Shown here: positions 12,701 to 23,624 of the stretch, in pieces | Position numbering within the stretch: the first letter of the stretch is position 1 | Layout: the number at the start of each line of letters is the position of its first letter | Source: Phoronis australis | Taxonomy: Eukaryota > Animalia > Phoronida | Direction: 5' to 3' | DNA: 64,000 nucleotides | NCBI GenBank assembly: GCA_002633005.1 | Contig: NMRA01000138.1 | Span: 307,005 to 371,004 of the forward strand | Notes under the pieces: model-generated | What the model saw: only the letters and a program-made list of their open reading frames with translations | What the model was told of the DNA's origin: nothing | Databases searched by the model: none | Made by a program: the position numbers and the translations under genes

Positions 12701-15700
12701 ATGATGTGGCAGGACGCGACCCAGCGACAGTGGTAAAACATCCAACCAGAACCAGACCTAGGACGACGTCTACAACTGCAGCCTCTGTCGAGGCTCATGA
12801 ATGGTCTGGGTCAGTTGAAAGTGACCTTGCTCACCATCCTCTGGACTCTGATATATTTAAGGATGTGGAGGCTGGTTCCAAGCTTAAGAGTCATCAGATT
12901 GTCAAAGAACAACCAAAAAAACATCATCAGTATGTTGAACCACCTGCAATTCATGTCCATAAAACTCCTCATTGGTTGGTCGATCAATCTCAGTATGAAA
13001 AAGAACCACAATTGCTGCCAAAGTGGCCGAAAATGAAGCCTGACCATCGAAAGACCTATAACACAGCCAATGACTGGTTTAAGAACAGTGACAGTGGTCC
13101 TGTTGCTCCGAGACCGAAAATGGGACAACAGCATTCAAGCCAGAGCACATATAAAGTGAGACAGCCATCCAGATCAAGAGTGGATGACTCATGGTTGACA
13201 CTTGATAAATCGCCACTGCCAAGCAGACATGAAAATCGGTGGAAGAATTATGATTATTTTGACAGCGGGCCCGACTACCCGGCAAAGGTCCACACCTATG
13301 GAAGAGATCGAGGGAACAAGCATTTTCCATCATTTGATTATCGCCCAAGTTACGGAACCAAGCACCGTTACCACAGCAACTTTGACAGATTAGATTCGAA
13401 CCAGAGAGGGCATTACCCTCAGTATGACCGCTACGACTACAATTACGACTATGATAATGATGGCGAACGGGATCGCATACACGTGTATCCATCTGTCCCA
13501 GGTACCAACTGTGTTGTACACGTGTTGTACTTCCTGCTTTTGGTTCGCTTGCACTTTCTGTGCGCTGTAGTTGGATTTCTGTTTGTTGTGATAACTTTTT
13601 GGTTGTTTTGTTGTCACATTGCAAGTTTCTATAAGCACTGCTTGGGTTATAGTCTACTGAGTTGTTTGTTGTGTGTTTCATTACTGTGTGACGTAGTAGC
13701 AAGTAGAAAGCAACAAGATAGTTACAATTTTGACTACAAAGTGTGGTAATTTTATGTTGTCAATATCAATGTGAAAACGCAAGTTTTCGTTAGATCTCGT
13801 ATCGATGTTTTTGTTGGTATGCTGTTAAATTGGTAATTATTAATACTTATGTTTGGCTTTGACAGCATTGAAAGGCAAAGGACACAGTTATGTTTACACT
13901 TCCTTTGTGAAACACCCTTATTATACAAAAAAATGCCTACAATAATTTATCAATAACACCATTCCTGTAGTTGAACGCAAAAACCACATTGCTGGTTGTT
14001 AAACTTAATTTGTACAATAACTTCATTCATAGCAAGTGGTACAAAGAGCAAAGTCCCACCAGTGAAAATGCCAGACAAGGGGCAGCCGCAGTCTAATCCC
14101 ACATCTGAAGGTGAATAGCTTTTATACGACCGTCACTACCATAGTTAATGTCAAATCAGAGTTATCTTTCAAAAGTACTTATGCATGTCAGTTCTTAAGA
14201 AGTGTGTCCTGTTGTTGAGGTGTGTGGACTACATTTGTCTTGAGTTTTTATTTATTTTTAAGAACGCTGTAGAGGGTTTTTGACTTACTTTGTTCTCACA
14301 AATTTATTAATATATTAATGTGTTTGGATTTTTGGCAAGTCTGCACTCCAGTAATGATTTTTGACAACATTTATTGAAACCATGACCATTAACCCCTAAC
14401 CCAATGTACGCTTCATATGGTTTCGAAAGTTTTTGATACTTTTTGCCAAGTAGTTATTACTCTTTTGAGTGCTTGGTCAGATTACCAGTGAAACACTAAT
14501 GTCGTGTCACTGATTGCTAAATCTTAATGCAACTTGTTCATAGATGGGCAGGAAGTTAATAGACCCAACTTGGATCACTTAGAGCATAAGGAGTCAACAA
14601 AGTCCAATATTGAAGGTAACTTTACTATTGTATTGCTTTGGTTAAGGATATGTTTAGGCCATCAGTTCTCATTAAAAGTGCTGCGTAGGATTGTACTAGA
14701 CGACGTCCAGTAGTTTGTTTAGGAAATAGTAAAATATTTATTTGATGCCATCAACAGAAATGGTTGTCAGTTATTTTAGATTAACATCGTTTAATAACTT
14801 ATCAACTGTCTATTGCTAAGCCCAAAAATATTTCTTGACTCCTCAATGCCTGAAAAATATGAATTAAACCCTTAAAGCAGTGAACATTGGTTTGTAATCA
14901 TGTGACAACCATTTTGTATGAAACAAGTGTCATTTTTTGCTTTAGAATATCTAAATGCAGGCAACATTCTTGAAGTAGAATTATTGTCCAAACGCTGAGA
15001 AATGAGTCCCAGATTTTCACCCTCAAACAATGAAGACTCACCAACTAACCAGTTTATGTATGTTTTTTGTAGTTAATCCAAGCAAAGGCAGCGAAGAAAA
15101 TCAAGGTGTGTATGGAAATGTTGTGCTGATTTTAAGTTATCAATGAGCAATCACTTTGTATTCAGAATTTCCTTCAGAACAATTGGGGGTGGGGCTAATT
15201 TTCATGTTTTTCACACTTCACCATCAACATTGGTGCTTGTATCTGCACTCTTGTTACACTATTTCTGACATTTTGCTTCTTGCACCGCCATATTAGCAAA
15301 TCTAGTCACCCTTGCTGTTGGTTGGTTCGCAAAAGGATGTGATGGTGCAGATAAGCTAGCTGAACCATGTTTTGAATTAGGTGTTGTTTAGAGATTGTCA
15401 TCGCAACAAGCTTGTCAGTTAACCAATCTTTGCTGGTTTCTGTAGACAAAGAAATCTCCATTGAAACAGTTTACTTTTTTATCTGTGTCACAGTTGTGTG
15501 AATGACATAAGGTATCCCGAGGGACATTCAAGTTACAAAATTTACTTCTAAGTGAAATAGATCTCTCTGGAAGTACATGTGTTGCTAATGGAAAATTAGT
15601 GATTTAAGCCTCAGTTTGTCTTGATGTACATTGCCTGTGACTAAGTAGTGCCAAGGCCTTGGCAGATAATCCAACTCATATGATTATACCCTGGAAAACT

Positions 15701-17892
15701 TTCAATTAACATAAGTCAAAGCACCTTGCAAGATTGGTGAGGTCACTCTAGTTTGATGCAAAGTTTTTAACTGTTCAACAAGTAAACAGCTAACCTTAGC
15801 TGACAATACTAGCACAATGACTGCTTTTGAACAGTGAGTGGACAGCTTATCAAACTTCATATCAAGTTAAGTGATTGGTGACTATTTCCCTTTCCTTCAA
15901 ACCAAGATAATTTGTTGCTAATATCTCGTGAATGTCCAACATTATTAATCACATCCCAGAGATGGAGCTGGGGCATGTTTTGAAAGTGCATAACACTTGT
16001 GTCTTCAGTTATGGAATTTCACCTCCAAATTGACATTCCAGCCTCACTGACCAATCACTTCAACAATAACCATCTTGTTAGTCTAGGTTAGTAAGGTATC
16101 GAGGTTACTTGTGATATACTCTCCTTTTGTTTGTATGATCTAACCATTCTCACAAGAGTCTTGTTTAACAGACTAGTTTCCAATTAGACCTGTAGTGTTG
16201 TATCAGGATTCATTAACATTATGGCTTGCCTGGCCAGGGACACTGATTATTCACTGAACTATTAACATGCATGCTTCCTTTAACCAGTGCTAACAGAGGT
16301 CACGTCTGCTGGGGAACCACAACCGTACAGCACAATTCCTGCGCCGACAACATCCTCAGAACCTTTTAATACAGGTATGAAAAGTCTAACCGCACTGTAA
16401 GCTCTATGACTGTGTTCTCTTGGTTGATCTTACTGAGTCTCATCTGAACATGATAAGTTTTTCTAGTCCACTATATGGTAATGTTCATTTTTGAATCTAG
16501 TTCGCTACACATGCAAGTGTTGCAATATTCTTACATGGCGCCCTCAGTACCTCGATATTGGCATTGAATATTGGCTCCACTTGCCTAAGAAAAAAAATTA
16601 AAATCATGAGAAATTCCCCTTGTCAGTCGCAAAATTCCTCTCAGTCAATATTAGTTTGGCTGTTTTAAGAATTGCTGATGAGGGCTGGCGACCACGGGCT
16701 TGAATGAGAAGGGGCAAGTCTTCCCTTCAAGTGAATGAGGGCCTTGTTACACCTAGAGCATGTGCATGTGTGTGGAAAATTGCAATAAAATTCTGCATTT
16801 TCTATGTAGCTTTCTTCTAAATATTTGGTCTGGACACAGTTTGGCTGTTCTAGCTTGAAAAAATTGAAATGCGTTTGGTCTTTATATGTCTAGTGTGGTC
16901 CCTTGAATTTGTTTTAGGTAACAAGGATGTTGATATGACCACAGCAGGCATTACTGATGTTATTATGCCCTCAGAGAGATCAAAACTTCAGCCAGGCAAG
17001 AAAGCAACCCCATCTCCCAACCGACCTTCAGTCAGTAGCATTAACAACATTGGCAAAGAAGCCAAATCCTCGTCAACATCAGTTTCCAAGTCGGAGGCAC
17101 AGGGGGCTGTCATTGCCTTGTCACTGGGTTTGTCTGTCACCGCATTGTTACTACTGTTTGTTGGTTGTCGCTATCGCAACATGAAGAGAAAGATCCGACG
17201 CGGCCGTCCTCTTAACTNCTTAGAAAAAAAATTAAAATCATGAGAAATTCCCCTTGTCAGTCGCAAAATTCCTCTCAGTCAATATTAGTTTGGCTGTTTT
17301 AAGAATTGCTGGTGAGGGCTGGCGACCACGGGCTTCAATGAGAAGGGGCAAGTCTTCCCTTCAAGTGAATGAGGGCCTTGTTACACCTAGAGCATGTGCA
17401 TGTGTGTGGAAAATTGCAATAAAATTCTGCATTTTCTATGTAGCTTTCTTCTAAATATTTGGTCTGGACTCAGTTTGGCTGTTCTAGCTTGAAAAAATTG
17501 AAATGCGTTTGGTCTTTATATGTCTAGTGTGGTCCCTTGAATTTGTTTTAGGTAACAAGGATGTTGATATGACCACAGCAGGCATTACTGATGTTATTAT
17601 GTCCTCAGAGAGATCAAAACTTCAGCCAGGCAAGAAAGCAACCCCATCTCCCAACCGACCTTCAGTCAGTAGCATTAACAACATTGGCAAAGAAGCCAAA
17701 TCCTCGTCAACATCAGTTTCCAAGTCGGAGGCACAGGGGGCTGTCATTGCCTTGTCACTGGGTTTGTCTGTCACCGCATTGTTACTACTGTTTGTTGGTT
17801 GTCGCTATCGCAACATGAAGAGAAAGATCCGACGCGGCCGTCCTCTTAACTCTAATGAAGCCGATTATCTGATAAACGGCATGTACCTGTAG
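3388..17892 (+). CDS. LRP11: LRP11-like MANSC/EB/LDLa single-pass membrane protein (multi-exon, 5' part not found)
   Basis: Phase-consistent exons 3388-3748, 4746-4859, 7304-7453, 12221-13501, 14033-14110, 14544-14615, 15073-15105, 16288-16374, 17552-17892. Contains MANSC C-terminal motif CYLFNC..CTFTHH, EB module, LDLa repeat, TM helix and the family-typical C-terminus DYLINGMYL. Confidence 0.85.
4231..4603. mobile_element. MITE with tagacagt..actgtcta termini (family C)
   Basis: Inverted termini with internal hairpins; homologous to 33401-33937 and 31545-31720. Confidence 0.6.
4746..4859 (+). CDS. LRP11: LRP11-like exon: EB module (6 Cys)
   Basis: Phase 1-1 exon; CRPQDKCDGEKTECIDGFCRCKTGYHPKNGVC; donor gtgagt. 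Confidence 0.8.
5041..7033 (+). mobile_element. Helentron-associated non-autonomous element (HINE/DINE-1-like), family A, with internal ~451-bp tandem repeats
   Basis: 5' subTIR/IR atgcgcccacat..atgtggacgcat, (gtcc)n microsatellite, internal repeats, 3' subTIR tgtgggcgcat plus hairpin caacgctctgcgttg, T-rich flanks. Confidence 0.8.
7304..7453 (+). CDS. LRP11: LRP11-like exon: LDL-receptor class A repeat
   Basis: CNPHLEFECTNG...DCIAVYDACDGIAQCADGSDEQFC; phase 1-1 splice sites. Confidence 0.9.
8151..9688 (+). mobile_element. HINE family A copy (one internal repeat fewer)
   Basis: Near-identical to 5041-7033 with the same termini. Confidence 0.8.
9950..11830 (+). mobile_element. Older diverged HINE family A-related copies
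   Basis: Degenerate 5' end at ~10611 (atgcacccacat..atgtgggtgcat) and diverged ctagtggc subrepeats. Confidence 0.65.
12221..13501 (+). CDS. LRP11: LRP11-like large low-complexity exon (427 codons)
   Basis: Long ORF with ttgtag acceptor and G|gtacca donor, phase 1-1. Confidence 0.8.
14033..14110 (+). CDS. LRP11: LRP11-like small exon
   Basis: Phase 1-1, 78 nt, open (ASGTKSKVPPVKMPDKGQPQSNPTSE). Confidence 0.65.
14544..14615 (+). CDS. LRP11: LRP11-like small exon
   Basis: Phase 1-1, 72 nt, open (DGQEVNRPNLDHLEHKESTKSNIE). Confidence 0.65.
15073..15105 (+). CDS. LRP11: LRP11-like micro-exon
   Basis: Phase 1-1, 33 nt (VNPSKGSEENQ), strong T-tract acceptor. Confidence 0.55.
16009..16086 (+). 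CDS. possible additional LRP11-like cassette exon
   Basis: gtcttcag acceptor, G|gttagt donor, 78 nt phase 1-1, open (VMEFHLQIDIPASLTNHFNNNHLVSL); no homology support. Confidence 0.3.
16288..16374 (+). CDS. LRP11: LRP11-like small exon
   Basis: Phase 1-1; alternative in-frame acceptor at 16297; donor gtatga. Confidence 0.6.
16587..17851. other. ~634-bp near-identical tandem duplication joined by a single N (probable haplotype-overlap assembly artefact)
   Basis: 16587-17217 vs 17221-17851 differ by a few SNPs; an N sits at the junction (17218); first copy of the terminal exon is truncated. Confidence 0.8.
17552..17892 (+). CDS. LRP11: LRP11-like terminal exon: TM helix and cytoplasmic tail
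   Basis: GAVIALSLGLSVTALLLLFVGC, basic stop-transfer segment, EADYLINGMYL*. Confidence 0.9.
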
Positions 17893-18683
17893 TATTTGAC
17901 TGGAAAACATTCCTTCTCGGTTATAGTCAAATTGTCTTTCAGACTTAAGTATTTAAGCTGTCCGCATGTTTTCCAATGACAAACTTGTTAAAAAAAAACT
18001 TCCATCTATGTTAGAAAAGTGGTGACGAGTTTCTAGTGGTATTGTGATAAAAATTTGATGCATTTTCTCGTTCATTGTCAACGAATCTTACAAGCGCATT
18101 TTATGTAATTGTTAAATTTTAGTATTTGACTTTATCATTTGATTTTTTGCAATACTGATTGCTGCATTTTGTTGAACTGAGTGAGGATCATGGTTTTTTA
18201 CTTGTGGTATGGTCGTTTACAAACGCTACCTGTACCTCATTGTTCATTGTGAGCGGAGGAGGGTTGTCATTGAAAATTTTCCCTGTAATTATGAAAGGTT
18301 TGATGGAAACGCTGACTGAGGTAATATTATGCTCTAAATGCAAGTGGCTGCTCTCAGTGCCAGTAGACAGATTTTTTTACGAACGAGTTGATGCGCGGTA
18401 ACATGAAACTGCACTGCTGTTCTGTTATGATTTTTGTAAGGATTTTTATAGTCTGTTCGATGTTACTGAGAGAGTTTGTGAAAAGCCCAAGTCTTGATTT
18501 TCCACTTTATCAAATTGAATATGTCTGAATTTAATCTTTATGTTTATAAAATGATTTTGACTGTGAGGGAACAATTTACTTTTTGGAAATTGCATTATTT
18601 TCATTTAGTGACTTTTGTTGTCTAAAATAGACGTAAGAAATGCTTATACACCTCGTAGAGATTAACATTTGGATTTGTTCTTA

Positions 18684-19522
18684 GGGCTGTTCCAGCAAAA
18701 TCTGTATGGGAGGGGGGGGAAGGCACTTTTATTTCGTACCCACCGCCCATATTTTTCATTTATTTCTCCAACCCATGACCCATAATTTTTTAATTATTTT
18801 TAATAGGTTAAAATATAAAATCCAACACTTGCAAACAAATTGCCTCCAGGAGGACCTGTTAAGAACTTAGATGATTGACAGACAAGAACTAGTTGTCTTG
18901 TCCAATATTGTCAAAAATTAAAGTAGCCTGTGAACAATACTTTTGGCAGCCACCAGGTGTCTCTGTTCACCATGTGTCTATAATTTCAATGAACATTTTT
19001 TCAATTATAAGGATCTATGAATCTCAAACTGTCTCCACAAACTCTTTTATACTTCTATGTCAAGTGAATATTGGAACTTGTTTATCTTACTCCTCATACT
19101 TTTTATTTAAAAATCATCAATTTTCTTATATGTGTTAACACCAGTTTAGTGTTGCATAACTTTTCAATTCAATAGGACTGCAGACAAGCACTTGGCTCAA
19201 ATCAAGTTGCCCATGACTTGATTAATGGCTTAGTGAACATATTGCACTCTGTTCACTGGCAATATGGGCTTTTTTGTATTGGGATAAGTTGGGATATATG
19301 CCAATTGCATTTTTTGAGTTTTGATTTCTTTGGAGATGTGTTGGCTGAATTAACCAACCTGTCAAGGTTAACAGATCAAAAAATACCACCCATTTTTAAT
19401 GCATCACTTCTTACAGGAACGACCACCCATAATTTGAGTTTTTTTCTGAAGACCACCACCCATGAATTTTTATTTCTACTGCTGTCCCCCCCCCTCCTAC
19501 ACGGATTTTATTGGAACAGCCC
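18684..19522. mobile_element. PIF/Harbinger-like MITE in LRP11-like 3' UTR region
   Basis: TIR gggctgttcca...tggaacagccc, TTA target-site duplication, inverted subterminal G/C runs. Confidence 0.75.
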
Positions 19523-21145
19523 TTACTTTGTCAGTGTTGCTAGAATGGTGAATGTCTTTACCAAATAACTGTGTTGTTTTTCACTGTTGTATGTTAATCA
19601 TGTGATTTAAGAAGAATATGCTGGAAATATCGCTTTTGCGTTATTGTCTCCTAATATATATATATATATATTTATGGTTAGAGTCGTGTTCTGTAATTTT
19701 CATTTTTGCTTCATTTAGTTGAGTTGATTGAACATAGTCATGCTGTAACATACTACAGTGTCTCTGACAATGGATGAGAATGATGCACCAGCAGATAGTC
19801 AGGATTAAGCCCAAAATGGATAGGACGAACAAGAAATAGGATGGACAAGAAATAGGATGGACAAGAAATAGGATGGACAGGGTTGTGGTGGGAGGGACGG
19901 ATCTTTTCATCTTGTTATATGAGATTGCGTTTATGAATATTATCACTCTGCTAAGGAGGGATGTATGCCGTCACGAACAACAAAATTAAATTTTACTTAA
20001 AAATAAAATCAATTTTTGCGTATTTATGGTACAGCTGTTGTGGTTTTACTAAAGATGTCCTCTTCAAAAGGAGGTATTCACTGCAAGTTGTAAGGGTGTA
20101 CTAATAAATCAAACAATGGCGCTACTTTCACAACCCTGTCCCTCCCATTTCTTGTGTCAAGTTGTTGGGTCCATGCTCCCCATCGACGATCTGAGCTTCG
20201 TATTGTATGATAAAGTCTAAAGCTTTGTGAAGGGTATTTGCATTTAATGTGAAGTCTTTTACGGAGAAGGAAGTTGGTCATTTTTTTCTATTTTCTTATT
20301 CATTGTCACATCATGATTATTTGTTCATGACTGCATGGTAAGTTTTTGTATTGCTGAATTGTTGTTTAGTTATTTGTCTTGTCCACCTACGTTTGTTCGC
20401 AAGCATTGCTTTTATGTCAACAAATGTCAGGAAAGATTTGTTTGCTTTTTAGTTACTAAGGTATGTTGTTCTGTGGGTCTCTGGCATGTCTTTTCCTATA
20501 CAATAAAAATCATTTGCTTAGCTTTGTAGACATTTGCTGTTACCAGATTAAGAATTTCAGATACTTGCATTTCTATGATACTTCATTCCCAAGTGTAAGT
20601 TGTTTCCTAGATAATGTAGATTGCTAGTCTGATTGTCAGATGAACATCAGCTTATTTCTTCATCTTATGATTAAAAAGTAAATAATTCTTCAAACTGAAG
20701 CCAAGTTTTAGCATTGTGAGTGTTTAGTCACCTGTATTTTTTGACGCTGGTTTAAATTAATCGTCAACAGATCATGTTTTTGAAGATGACTCAATTATTA
20801 AAAGAACCTTACTGTCGTGTGGTTGGATTTTGCTGAACATTTTAATATGGAAGCATTGTAGAATATCCCCCTTGTGTGCAATAACAATTTTCTGTGGTGA
20901 AATTTTCTCACTGTGCAATGTTTTATAGAATTGGGTAAACATAGACCTTCACACATTTCTGTTGGTTTGTAGGGTCAGTTTCTTGGTTTTCAACATTATT
21001 TTGTTGTCCATGTATGCAAAACTAACATAACACATTGGTTTCTCAAGCTACTGCTAGAAGTATGGGTATATCTGTCCATTACTGTACATAATTTATTATG
21101 TATATAAACACTGTTATTGTATTGTATTGTATTGAATGTTATAAT

Positions 21146-21177
21146 AATAAACTGGATTAAAATTGCCATGTTTTATT
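21146..21177. terminator. Facing polyadenylation signals of LRP11-like (+, AATAAA 21146-21151) and PCMT1 (-, AATAAA 21177-21172)
   Basis: Two opposed AATAAA hexamers; repeated TGTA upstream of the + signal; strand composition flips from T/G-rich to A/C-rich here. Confidence 0.55.
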
Positions 21178-23605
21178 ATACTGGAAGGCTGTTTCGCAAG
21201 GAGCAGTGGCCCCAGAGACAAAGCTTTTTCTTCAATTCCAAATTTAATCAGCGAAACCTGTCAAAACAATGCTTTGACAAATAATACAGTGTTAGCCAAC
21301 AGCAACAACTACATTTCAGGTAGCAAGAGTTGATCACATCCCATTTGTAAGCGATACTTTCTTCACTAATATTTAGGCAAAGTCAACTGACATGACATTT
21401 CACACAAAAAAGCTATCGACAATGAACCAGGCAATTGAAAATCTGTCCTCTCTTTCACTATACTGCACTGAAATCAACACTCCTAAAGCCTGTAAGCTGC
21501 TCTTGAAATCATGCAAGGTAATGAAAAGTACATTGTGTTCACACTACGCTATACTGGTCAATAAGACGCCTTGATTAGTGGAGCTGAGTAAACGGATTCC
21601 ATTTAATTAGTGCAACACATTGACCAAGACAAACTCAACAATTACAGTGAGCAAAGTACTCAATAAATTGCAGTGGAACGATCCTCAGTAAATATTAGCG
21701 ACTATTGGTTGAACTCAATGAAATTTAACTACCGGCCCACAAGCGCACCTTTTGATGCAAGTTGCCCGTTCTCGATCTATGGAATCCTAAATTTCTCGAG
21801 AAACAACTGCAGACGACACTTCTACTAAATTCTGAACAAAAGGCAAATTTCTACATTTTCCTGTTTTTGGAATTTTTATTGATAGCTTACCTGTCAATGC
21901 AATGCACCGTAAACTGTTCATTGCCAGGTTAAATTGACTCAAATTCAAGGATCCGAGTTTGAAATGTCTGACGGCAGACAAGGTATGTACCTGGGGTGGC
22001 AAAGTACGCATTTCAACCAAAAACTTTCGCTGACCAATGATAGCATTTTTTCACCTGATATCAGGAAGGCTTTTCCTGCCTCAATAAACAATGTCATTAT
22101 CTTAAAATGTAAAACAATGTGTGACCAATTCTAGAGTTTTTAGTGATTGTTCTACTTTAATATCATGGCAATTTATTTAGTACTGGGAAATGCAGTTCTA
22201 GAAAAAAAATTGATGAGGAAAGATTCAAAGCTAGTAGGCTAGTCCACAAAATTAGTGAAAGACGAAAACAAATTGTTTCAATGCCATGAGCTAATGTGTA
22301 TTGAGCTTGAAGTTAATCACATGTTGTCAGCTGAACACATGGATTGCTCAGGAGTCTCGACCATTGAAACTGTTGAGGTTGCAACTCGGGATGGTCGATC
22401 ACGATGAAATTGTGTTAAGGTAAAATATTTTCTATCTGGGACACAAATAACAGCTTTTGGAGGCTTACTGCATTGATGCAGATTCCTTTTTACCAAATGT
22501 TGACTGATGACAGCTGTGCAGTACAAAGAACCCAAAAAGCAAAGTAAAATTCCTGATATTTTTGAAATAAGACAAAACAAAATTTCACTTGTCTGCCACG
22601 TTGTCCCAAACTGATTTTTTTCCTGTAGGTAATGAACAAGATGTGACTAGTTCTACAGCTGGTGCATTATACCTTAAAATCAGTTCATTTAACACGCTGG
22701 TATCACTTACAAAAACTAAATTATCTAAGCTCAAGACTAAATGAAAGCAACACAGTGCATGACCACAACCAAAGTCTGACACAAAATGCTTCCACTGGTA
22801 GGTTTATTACAAACATTGTACTAATTAACTAAGACTGCTTGTACCACTTGTCTTGACTCTGCTTGTAAACTAATACTGGACAACACAGCATATAAATAAA
22901 CCATACAAGACCGTCAATTTGATTGTTAAAACAATCCAGAAAACAGCAACTTTCCCTAGAACATCTTGGAAATCTTCGCATATCTGAGTAAACTCAGGAT
23001 TTGCCACAGCAGCAGTTTAAAATTGAACAACACAAACAATTGACAATGTTTATAAACACACATAACAAATTTCATTTTTCTTCTAGTGTTTAAATTACTA
23101 AAAACTATCCCCAGGTTTTGCATAATGTAACCTTAAGTGATACAATGTGTTGTCCGTAATCTGTTGGATGTCTTCACCTCAGCACGTGAAGTAATCAATC
23201 AGAAAATGCAGTCGTACCACAAACAATACAAAACAGCTCGTGAATAAAGACACTAAATACTTTGTGATTCCTATTAATATATCATGGTTGCAAAATGACA
23301 ACAGTAAATTCAGTATCAGTGAAATGCTGAAGATGAGACAACAATTTTTAGTTATTTAACTACTGTCAAAACCAAAACATTTGTGTTGCATTTACTATAA
23401 ACATTGTATAAAAATTCCATAAACATCAACAGCAGGACTTGAGCAGATATTCCTCCAACAGGGAAATAACACAAGAGAACGTGTTAGAAGGGTATGCAGA
23501 AAGCAGACGACTTCATTCTCCAAAATGGCCTCTCGTCATACATGACAACAGGAAGCAGTTGGGCGTGGCCATAAACACACTAGACAAGCTGTAACTTTGC
23601 CTTTT

Positions 23606-23624
23606 TTACAAGTCATTTCTTCCA
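23606..23624 (-). CDS. PCMT1: PCMT1 alternative terminal coding segment (-SGRNDL*)
   Basis: Acceptor ttttttgtttcag; joined to the phase-2 donor at 24989 it reads QWSSGRNDL*. Confidence 0.7.

Noticed and set aside
13502-13749. Hydrophobic, TM-like C-terminus of the 550-aa ORF (alternative membrane anchor)
   Set aside because: Lies past a phase-consistent donor and is what T/G-rich intron sequence translates to; intron retention cannot be excluded without RNA data.
16587-17851. Apparent duplicated LRP11 terminal exon giving a truncated-tail isoform
   Set aside because: Near-identical copies joined by a single N with only SNP-level differences; typical unmerged haplotype overlap.
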